Source: a virus. From it: 64,000 nucleotides of DNA. Within the stretch, counting starts at the first letter, position 1; each line of letters begins with the position of its first letter. The stretch is taken from positions 1 to 64,000 of the IMG/VR virus record IMGVR_UViG_3300037346_000668. The stretch is one strand, 5' to 3'. The notes under the pieces were generated by a model that saw only the letters and a list, made by a program, of their open reading frames with translations, searched no databases and was not told the origin of the DNA. Made by a program: the position numbers and the translations under genes. This document shows positions 20,688 to 27,587 of this stretch, one piece after another.

Positions 20688-21155
20688 TTAATAATTGTTT
20701 TGTTGTCTTCTTCTATTTTCCTGATTTTTACTCATATACATGTTGTACATTTCGGAAGGTGTCATACCTATAGATATTGCGTAGTTCATGAAGAAATGAA
20801 GCATATCTATAACTTCAAATTTACATTCTAGTTGATCGTCTATAGTAAGATCCGAAAATTTCTTAGATCCATATGTATCATAAGCTAATTTCCATTTTTT
20901 CCATATAGCGTTTCCGTTTCCGTCCTTGATACCGCCAAGTGCATCGGTAGCTTCGTGAATTTCGTCTATCATTGCATGGGTGTTCATATGCCAGAATCCC
21001 ATAACTTCTCTTAGATTCATTTCCTCAAAATTGTAGCCATAAACATTCCTCTGTGTATCAGCTTGTAGATTTAGTATGTCCCCGAGGGTGTCACTACTTT
21101 TTGAATAAAGATCATCAATATTTAACTCAGAGCAACTGTTGTCAATGTTAGCCAT
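20688..21155 (-). CDS. All-alpha dimeric dUTPase/dCTPase (gp56-like)
   Basis: [34 protein letters not shown]; GATATATA at 21217-21224. Confidence 0.8.
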   Translation of the reverse strand: MANIDNSCSELNIDDLYSKSSDTLGDILNLQADTQRNVYGYNFEEMNLREVMGFWHMNTHAMIDEIHEATDALGGIKDGNGNAIWKKWKLAYDTYGSKKFSDLTIDDQLECKFEVIDMLHFFMNYAISIGMTPSEMYNMYMSKNQENRRRQQNNY

Positions 21156-21256
21156 TTTATTTAATTTTAGTTAATTTTTAGTTTTTATTACTAGACTCCA
21201 GATCGTTCTTGGATTTTATATATCAACATCAATTCGGATCTATTGAGGGTAATCCG

Positions 21257-22663
21257 TTAATTTTTCTCTTTCTGTAATACCTTTTTCAAACCATCTATTT
21301 CTAGCTCCAATTCAAGCATTTTATCCTTGGTTTTTCTTCTTCTTGCATACAGATCCTTAATTATTATCTTAAGTATTGGGTTTTCATCATCATTACCAAA
21401 ATAAGCTCCAGATGCACACTTAATCCAATTTTCCTTGGGGTTCAGTAGATTCTTTCCCTTATATGATTCAGGGGAAATCCCCCACTGAACCATTGCGTTA
21501 GGATACAGAGAAGCAAAATCATAACATGCTACCCAACCATGTAGACCCTTTATGGGATCCTTAACATACCCACCAGCAAATTTGACATGTACTTCCTCCT
21601 TTCTCTCCGCAGTAAGAACCTGTTTTCTATCTAGAAATTTCTTCATCATAAGAACTTCTGTTGACCAAACGGGTGAAAGACATCTGTTTATTTCAACACC
21701 AGATATCATGGCAATCTTGAAGAAGGTTTGCATAGTTTTAAGCTTTTGATCTATATAGTGAACAAGAGCACAATCGACAGCATTATAATAGATAAAATCT
21801 TCGAAGTTGGATTGATATAAATCTCTAAGAGTTCCGTCGTAAGCAATCTTTTTAAACCCAACAGCTTTATCAGCAACATAATCAAGTCTATTACTTTCCT
21901 TAATCTTTATAACCCGATCCCACTTTTTATAAATCTCCAAGTAATCAAACATTAATAAATGTTGAGGTAATTGGCCTTTACCAATCAGTGTTCTTCCTGG
22001 AGATATAATTTTGGGATCTATACCAAGTCTTTTAGCCCTATTCAGGAGATATGGCCAGTCGTATCCTAACCAGTTCCATCCAGTCATTGTTGCCATTTTC
22101 GGGCCAAGTTCACGGAAGAAAGTGTACATCATATCATATTCGGTTTCGAATTGCTTATACTTAAAGCTCCACTCATCACCGGTTTTTTCGAAGTATTTGT
22201 TTATCTTATTAAATATACTTCCCTGCTGTTCTGGAGTTAGTGGATCTAAACCAAGAATCAATAATTTTCTTTTGTCCGTACCAATCCCTATGGATAGTAC
22301 ACGGTTTTTTGCATTTTCTGTATCAAGTGATGCAGCCTTATCCTCAGTTATCTCAACCTCTATATCGACAAAGTATTTCTTTGGCTCCTGGTACTCCCAT
22401 AATGGCTTTGTTAATTCATCAGGAGCTTCCATTAAAATCTGAGCCATTCTATATTTGTCATATCTCTCGGATTTTACTTTCTTAACAGGTTCTCCCTTCC
22501 AGTTTGTCCATTCTTTATCCCTCTTAGGATCTCCTGGGTTGCACCTTTCCCAATTGAATCTTTCGCTCTCCAGTATGGGCACATGTAGAAATGCAAGTTC
22601 TCCCTCAGGACCAAAGTGAGATACGTTTAAGTAGCTTCCCTTATTCTCTATATCAATAATCAT
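21257..22663 (-). CDS. gp43A: Family B DNA polymerase, N-terminal half (exonuclease + motif A; gp43A-like)
   Basis: ExoI DIE, ExoII GWNWLGYDWPYL, ExoIII YNAVD, GGYV, motif A DFASLYP, ISPE; ends in first fingers helix. Confidence 0.92.
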   Translation of the reverse strand: MIIDIENKGSYLNVSHFGPEGELAFLHVPILESERFNWERCNPGDPKRDKEWTNWKGEPVKKVKSERYDKYRMAQILMEAPDELTKPLWEYQEPKKYFVDIEVEITEDKAASLDTENAKNRVLSIGIGTDKRKLLILGLDPLTPEQQGSIFNKINKYFEKTGDEWSFKYKQFETEYDMMYTFFRELGPKMATMTGWNWLGYDWPYLLNRAKRLGIDPKIISPGRTLIGKGQLPQHLLMFDYLEIYKKWDRVIKIKESNRLDYVADKAVGFKKIAYDGTLRDLYQSNFEDFIYYNAVDCALVHYIDQKLKTMQTFFKIAMISGVEINRCLSPVWSTEVLMMKKFLDRKQVLTAERKEEVHVKFAGGYVKDPIKGLHGWVACYDFASLYPNAMVQWGISPESYKGKNLLNPKENWIKCASGAYFGNDDENPILKIIIKDLYARRRKTKDKMLELELEIDGLKKVLQKEKN

Positions 22664-22685
22664 TCAGAAATATTTTAATGTAGAT

Positions 22686-22713
22686 GTTTTACACCATAAT
22701 AAACATATGTTCC
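22686..22713 (-). promoter_or_regulatory. Putative middle promoter GGAAC-N17-TAAAAC
   Basis: Variant of shared motif upstream of gp43A. Confidence 0.45.
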
Positions 22714-22718
22714 GATTA

Positions 22719-22730
22719 GATATATAAATA
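22719..22730 (+). promoter_or_regulatory. Putative late promoter GATATATA (overlaps TATAAATA)
   Basis: Octamer ends 6 nt before ATG 22733. Confidence 0.6.
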
Positions 22731-22732
22731 AT

Positions 22733-23038
22733 ATGAAAAATTTACAAAAATTCAAAGGTTTCGTTAATGAATGGATCGACTCTCCGGGAAGCGTTGATGT
22801 CCCTGGCCAATCATACGAGACAAAGGTAAACAGGAGAAACTACCAAAGTGCTGATCCAACAATGCCAGAAACAATAGACGCAATGTACGAGTCTTCATAT
22901 TTCCACGACTTCCTAGATGATGCGGGAAGATCTGAGGAATTCAATAAATTCATAGGCGAAGATAAAAAATCGGGGTCAGATATAACTGAATATTTAAAGA
23001 TTTCGTTTCAAGAAAAAAACTCAAAAAAGAAAGAATAA
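22733..23038 (+). CDS. Hypothetical protein with capsid-targeting-like N-terminus
   Basis: 101 aa; MKNLQKFKGFVNE. Confidence 0.65.
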   Translation: MKNLQKFKGFVNEWIDSPGSVDVPGQSYETKVNRRNYQSADPTMPETIDAMYESSYFHDFLDDAGRSEEFNKFIGEDKKSGSDITEYLKISFQEKNSKKKE

Positions 23039-23046
23039 CGGAGAAC

Positions 23047-24012
23047 ATGCAAAATTTTAAAGGGTGGATCAACGAGGCAAGATTGTCAATAAAAGTTGAT
23101 GTAGAGGAGCTAGAAAAAATATATACACCAGAAAACATAGTATTTCCTAACATATTATCAAAATATTTTAATAATATCAGAATAGAGGAAATAAAAAAAG
23201 AATGCTCTAAGTTACTTACAGAGGAGTATGATACTAGGCTAAATGAGAAACTTAAATGGCTAAAATTTTCAGATAAAATAGCAACAGGATATCCAATTAT
23301 GGAGGCACATTTTAGATTCATGGGTAAATTTTATCCATTAAATGTTGACATACCCGCGGATTTAAAATCTAATCAACCATCAAAGGAGGGTAATCAAATA
23401 TACATTCCTATAATTGAAAATATAGCCAGAACGATAAAGATATTCAAGGACGAGGAATCACACGAGGAAATAAACAAATCCATAGAATTTCATGCTGGTA
23501 TAAATAAGGTGAAATATGACGAGGAAAAACTTAAATATGTCGTAACAAAACCTAATGATGATTATGGCTACCGAATAGTTATACAAACCGACGGAACTGT
23601 TTTAACTGAAGAGGAGTCAAAAAAAATACCAAAAGACAAAACTTCAGCATTTGAAGACTCAAAGATACAAAGCTATAATCTAAAAAAAGGTAAGCCTATA
23701 AGATTTACATCAAAACTTGGAAGCGATGGGTTTGTTACAGGAAAGGTATTCAGAATAATTAATAAGAAGTTCAAAAAATTTGGAAGAACAGACAATTGGG
23801 CTATATTCGACGATCATATAGAAATGGATCTTGAGTTTGAAAGAGACGGAAAAACAATGAAGATCCACAAGATGTTCAAACCTAATGATATAATATACCT
23901 GCCATTAGGTGAGGATAAGAAATTTGTAAAGTGCGAGGTTCAAAAGCCCTTCTACGTTTCAAATCCAGTACTTAAGGAACCAATAAATCTAAGGATCAAA
24001 GTTCTAAAATAA
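23047..24012 (+). CDS. Hypothetical protein with capsid-targeting-like N-terminus
   Basis: 321 aa; MQNFKGWINEA. Confidence 0.65.
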   Translation: MQNFKGWINEARLSIKVDVEELEKIYTPENIVFPNILSKYFNNIRIEEIKKECSKLLTEEYDTRLNEKLKWLKFSDKIATGYPIMEAHFRFMGKFYPLNVDIPADLKSNQPSKEGNQIYIPIIENIARTIKIFKDEESHEEINKSIEFHAGINKVKYDEEKLKYVVTKPNDDYGYRIVIQTDGTVLTEEESKKIPKDKTSAFEDSKIQSYNLKKGKPIRFTSKLGSDGFVTGKVFRIINKKFKKFGRTDNWAIFDDHIEMDLEFERDGKTMKIHKMFKPNDIIYLPLGEDKKFVKCEVQKPFYVSNPVLKEPINLRIKVLK

Positions 24013-24393
24013 AACAGCATCTAAGTAGGCTCTAAGCTTACCGTCAGTTGGCTTTATATCGAGATTACCATTAACGAATATTTCCCAGGATTCATTAGCA
24101 TATATGCCTATTCCTGGAAGTTCGGTAACTCGAGTAAAGCCTTCTTTGTATGCTCTGCTCATAGCTATTATTCTTCTGGCCTTGATATTATACAAGCCTG
24201 TTGTTTTTATGATCGCTGCTAGACGTTCGACGTCGCAATTGATTGCAGAATGGTAATCAGGAATAATTTCAAATACGGAGTCTAAAATAGGTCGCACCGA
24301 CCTATTATGGGTCTGGTTCAATAATATACAGCAAACTAACATTTTCCATTTATCATTAGGGTAATCCTCCTGTATTAATATCTCTCTATTCAT
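24004..24393 (-). CDS. HhH-GPD DNA glycosylase, MBD4-like minimal domain
   Basis: WKMLVCCILLNQT, GLYNIKARRI, HhH ELPGIGIYANESWEIF, catalytic PTD. Confidence 0.8.
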   Translation of the reverse strand: MNREILIQEDYPNDKWKMLVCCILLNQTHNRSVRPILDSVFEIIPDYHSAINCDVERLAAIIKTTGLYNIKARRIIAMSRAYKEGFTRVTELPGIGIYANESWEIFVNGNLDIKPTDGKLRAYLDAVLF

Positions 24394-24434
24394 GGTTATA
24401 ATTTTTTATCGCAATTTAAAAAAAAATCACGAAT

Positions 24435-24462
24435 AAAAAAAAATCACCCGATTGAGTGATTT
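24435..24462 (-). terminator. Intrinsic terminator
   Basis: Minus strand AAATCACTC-AATC-GGGTGATTT followed by T-run, right after stop at 24464. Confidence 0.7.
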
Positions 24463-24463
24463 A

Positions 24464-24931
24464 TTATTTCTTTTTCTTTCTATTTTTTTGGACAAATTCC
24501 TTGTATGAAATCATCTTCTTCTTACTCCTGCCTTTTTTATTAGCAGCGTTAGTTCCAGCACTCATCATAGTGAACTTATCACCACTACCAATTTTTGTAG
24601 TATCATAAAATCCAGAATTTGTTCCATCGTTGGTAGGCGCAGTGGGATTTCCCATTCCACCAACGTTTCCTAGTGTAGAAAGACCGGGGGCTGGAGACGC
24701 TCCTCCGTCCATATCCTCATCAATCTTTCGGACATCGGATTTATTACCATTTAGATAGTTTCTCAATTGCCATTTTTCAACACAATAATCATTCTCGCCC
24801 AGCCAATTTTCTATACAATTGCATGACTCGTTACATCTGCATGTTTCAAGACAAGAATCAATATTTTTTCTTTCATCATCAATACAAACTAATTTTCTTC
24901 CGTTTGTACTATTTCCAGTTGGATAAAACAT
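24464..24931 (-). CDS. Hypothetical protein (Cys cluster, Gly-rich, basic tail)
   Basis: 155 aa; C-terminal MISYKEFVQK. Confidence 0.6.
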   Translation of the reverse strand: MFYPTGNSTNGRKLVCIDDERKNIDSCLETCRCNESCNCIENWLGENDYCVEKWQLRNYLNGNKSDVRKIDEDMDGGASPAPGLSTLGNVGGMGNPTAPTNDGTNSGFYDTTKIGSGDKFTMMSAGTNAANKKGRSKKKMISYKEFVQKNRKKKK

Positions 24932-24932
24932 A

Positions 24933-25160
24933 CTATTCCAATATTTCTTTTATATTCTTAGAAAATATTCTTACAACATTTCCAGATTCATTTTTTGTCA
25001 CATACCCTATTATATCATTATAGGCATCATATATTGGACTCTGCACTAACAACTTTCTATTCATATTGTCAATAATCCAAGAATTCAATATTCTACTTGT
25101 TTCCTTGCTATGAGTCATTGTTCTGATCTCGCTAGAATTTACTGATCCGCATCCACACAT
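24933..25160 (-). CDS. Hypothetical protein
   Basis: 75 aa; starts MCGCG. Confidence 0.55.
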   Translation of the reverse strand: MCGCGSVNSSEIRTMTHSKETSRILNSWIIDNMNRKLLVQSPIYDAYNDIIGYVTKNESGNVVRIFSKNIKEILE

Positions 25161-25162
25161 AA

Positions 25163-25588
25163 TTATCTATAATCTCCTCTAGCCTCTTTTCTCTTCAGAT
25201 ATTGCCAAAGAAAATTTAATCCCTTAGCATAATCCTTAGCGGTTTTAAAAGGTTCGCTGAATTTTTTTATATCGTTACCGTTTCCCTCACCAATTTCTTT
25301 AGACTTTAATGGGTTATATCTTCTGACCGTTCCTGATGGATGTATAGTATAAAACACATCACCATGACCGAGTTCTTTTTGCTTTTTAACTCCTCTAACG
25401 AACTTCAACGTGTTGTTTATTTCCTGCTGATGTGAAGTATCATCATCAAAACCAAGAGATAATATTCTTCTATATTCTCTTGATTTTCTTACCCTATCCA
25501 ATTCAATTTCTCTTCTATATTCGGTTTTATATTCATATTCCGGAGAATATGACTTAAAATCAAGAAGATGTTTCATCTGCTTTTTCAT
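25163..25588 (-). CDS. Hypothetical protein with capsid-targeting-like N-terminus
   Basis: 141 aa; MKHLLDFKSY. Confidence 0.6.
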   Translation of the reverse strand: MKKQMKHLLDFKSYSPEYEYKTEYRREIELDRVRKSREYRRILSLGFDDDTSHQQEINNTLKFVRGVKKQKELGHGDVFYTIHPSGTVRRYNPLKSKEIGEGNGNDIKKFSEPFKTAKDYAKGLNFLWQYLKRKEARGDYR

Positions 25589-25589
25589 A

Positions 25590-25970
25590 TTATTTATTGG
25601 AAAGCCAGTCCCTATAATCCTTAAGATTTGATAGGTTCTTTTTACCTTTTTTTAATTTCTTAGAATCAGTATTCAGAAACGGGACAATATTACTAGGTCC
25701 ATTAGGATAAAATTTAGGAATCGTTGAAGATCCAACAGGTTCCAAAATTACAGGTATGTCCATCTCGTCGACATGATCAGGTAGCTTCTTATTCATATTG
25801 CTATATTTCGTAGATGCAAAGGCTTTCAATTCCCTTTCAGTCATCTCTTTAGACAATCTAACTATCTCGTCTTTATACCTAGGATTAAGTTCAGAAGGTT
25901 TCAATTTACCTATCTTAACACCGTAGGCTTGAGCCATTAATCTTTGTTGAGCTATACTTGAGGAAGGCAT
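25590..25970 (-). CDS. DUF3008-like protein
   Basis: MPSSSIAQQRLMAQA..K.G, M...LKAFAST..LP.HV; C-terminal LKDYRDWL. Confidence 0.6.
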   Translation of the reverse strand: MPSSSIAQQRLMAQAYGVKIGKLKPSELNPRYKDEIVRLSKEMTERELKAFASTKYSNMNKKLPDHVDEMDIPVILEPVGSSTIPKFYPNGPSNIVPFLNTDSKKLKKGKKNLSNLKDYRDWLSNK

Positions 25971-25982
25971 ATCCGATTTATT

Positions 25983-26291
25983 TTATTTTAATTTTTCCCA
26001 CTCTGGTGTGAATCTATTAACCATGGCTGAATGTATTAATTGAGGAACACCCGGTTTATACCACATATCTGCAACATAGATACAGTCACCCTCCTTTCCC
26101 CCCTCTATTATCTCAACGACATTATAAGTAGCACTTCCCATACCTGCTATATTACCAGTTTCGATTTCACCAATAATGGGCATTTTTGTTACGTCACCAC
26201 CACTATATCTAAGTACTTTTCCAGGTCTTCTTGGTCCATCCATTAATATATCCTCAGATATAAAATTAGAGAAAGGTTTAACATTTTTCAT
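25983..26291 (-). CDS. Hypothetical protein with capsid-targeting-like N-terminus
   Basis: Start reassigned to ATG 26291 (MKNVKPFSNFISE), 4 nt after GATATATA at 26296-26303. Confidence 0.6.
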   Translation of the reverse strand: MKNVKPFSNFISEDILMDGPRRPGKVLRYSGGDVTKMPIIGEIETGNIAGMGSATYNVVEIIEGGKEGDCIYVADMWYKPGVPQLIHSAMVNRFTPEWEKLK

Positions 26292-26318
26292 AATGTATAT
26301 ATCTAACAAAAAAAAGAC

Positions 26319-26579
26319 TTATAAATATAAGTCTTTTTTTTTCTTCTCCCAGTCAGAGTCTGACGTTGGTTTCTTATTAAGATCCCAATTTGTATCCGGA
26401 TTGATTATCTTCTTTTTCTTCTTTTGCCAATCTCCAAATGTCCATATAAATCTATTATATGCCTTACCTACGGTAGCAAATCCAGTGTCTCCTGGCTGTA
26501 TAGCTATGGGGGATTGAGGCGGAACATAGGAATCGGTATTTGAGGATTTAGATCGAGTCTTCGTATCTTTCTTTGTCAT
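26319..26579 (-). CDS. Basic hypothetical protein
   Basis: 86 aa, Lys-rich. Confidence 0.55.
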   Translation of the reverse strand: MTKKDTKTRSKSSNTDSYVPPQSPIAIQPGDTGFATVGKAYNRFIWTFGDWQKKKKKIINPDTNWDLNKKPTSDSDWEKKKKDLYL

Positions 26580-26781
26580 ATATGACTGTTTCTATTTTTG
26601 TTTTTGTAACCTGGATGGTTTCAAAGTCTCCTAGAGTTCCCTCCATATAAGACGCAACTTTCGTTTCAACGTCCAATACAGATTCTGCTGAAACTAGAAA
26701 TTGTGATATTGTATAAACTGGATCACCATTCTTTTTAACTTCTCCCGATTCGAATCTTACTTTTGCTAAGTAGTAGCTCAT
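26548..26781 (-). CDS. DUF4494-like protein
   Basis: YYLAKVRFE..QFLVSAESVLDVETKV..GDF resembles the Bacteroidota DUF4494 pattern. Confidence 0.55.
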   Translation of the reverse strand: MSYYLAKVRFESGEVKKNGDPVYTISQFLVSAESVLDVETKVASYMEGTLGDFETIQVTKTKIETVIYDKERYEDSI

Positions 26782-26807
26782 GTTATGTTTTTTTTAAAAA
26801 TTAATAA

Positions 26808-26987
26808 TTATGCTGTTTTGTTCTTAGAGTCCTGAACATCCGTTCTTACTTCCTGAGCAAGAGCTTTCAATTCCTGCATAGCTTTTCTAACTCTTGTACC
26901 AGCTGCACTGTTACCTTTACTAAAGAATTTTTCAGCATCACCTTGTGTTTGCTCTAATAGAGCCTTAATTTGTTCGAATTTTTCCAT
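26808..26987 (-). CDS. Histone H1-like (Hc1-family) small protein; absent from the ORF track
   Basis: Translated by hand: MEKFEQIKALLEQTQGDAEKFFSKGNSAAGTRVRKAMQELKALAQEVRTDVQDSKNKTA (59 aa); KGNxAAGTRxRK signature. Confidence 0.85.
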   Translation of the reverse strand: MEKFEQIKALLEQTQGDAEKFFSKGNSAAGTRVRKAMQELKALAQEVRTDVQDSKNKTA

Positions 26988-27010
26988 TTTAAATTTAATT
27001 TTAATTTATT

Positions 27011-27038
27011 ATTATATCAACGATTTTTAAAAAAGTTC
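27011..27038 (-). promoter_or_regulatory. Putative middle promoter GAACT-N17-TATAAT
   Basis: Upstream of the Hc1-like gene. Confidence 0.5.
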
Positions 27039-27040
27039 CC

Positions 27041-27586
27041 TTATCTGCTTATAATTAATGATTTTTCATCCGTACCGTTCTGGACTGCCCAATTTTTACC
27101 AAGTTCTGATATACAAATAGACTTCATATATTCTATATATTCACCCTTTCCTTTATATTCAAGATTGTCCTGGAGCTCGTCATATATTCTTATCACCTTT
27201 GGATTAAGGGAAAGATAATCGAGCACACATCTGAATATGTATTCCATTAAGCGGGAAAGCTCGTTACCATCAACCAGGAATTTACTTTCATCAGGAGATG
27301 GTATATCCTCTTTATTAATAGCGATATCCTCTATAACCTCGTGACCTATTTGATTTATATTAAGTACACAATATGAATTTTTGGCTCCCTCTATAGCTTC
27401 ATTCTCAGAATACTTCCCTATTATAAGATGGTATCCCATTTCTTCCTCCCCGTCCTCGCTATCCAATGTGAAAAAATAATGATGAACATCACTAACTTTC
27501 TTCATTAAAAAGGACGAAGTCCCAAATCCATCATTTTCATTTATCGGATTAGTAAATTGCTCAAATGATTCAATAAACTTTTTCAT
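27041..27586 (-). CDS. Hypothetical protein with capsid-targeting-like N-terminus
   Basis: 181 aa; MKKFIESFEQFTNPINE. Confidence 0.65.
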   Translation of the reverse strand: MKKFIESFEQFTNPINENDGFGTSSFLMKKVSDVHHYFFTLDSEDGEEEMGYHLIIGKYSENEAIEGAKNSYCVLNINQIGHEVIEDIAINKEDIPSPDESKFLVDGNELSRLMEYIFRCVLDYLSLNPKVIRIYDELQDNLEYKGKGEYIEYMKSICISELGKNWAVQNGTDEKSLIISR

Positions 27587-27587
27587 T

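Noticed and set aside
20688-21155. Hypermodified-cytosine pathway implied by the gp56-like gene
   Set aside because: No hydroxymethylase or DNA glycosyltransferase recognisable in the window; the enzyme may simply be a dUTPase
4046-22663. Split intein or intron joining the polymerase halves
   Set aside because: No Hint motifs at the A-half end or B-half start; both have normal stops, starts and separate promoters
17178-24393. Eukaryotic or giant-virus origin suggested by NrdAB, MBD4-like and GT2-TPR genes
   Set aside because: gp32, gp61, UvsW, two-subunit topoisomerase, tail tube-fold protein, PhoH and operon structure indicate a T4-like bacteriophage
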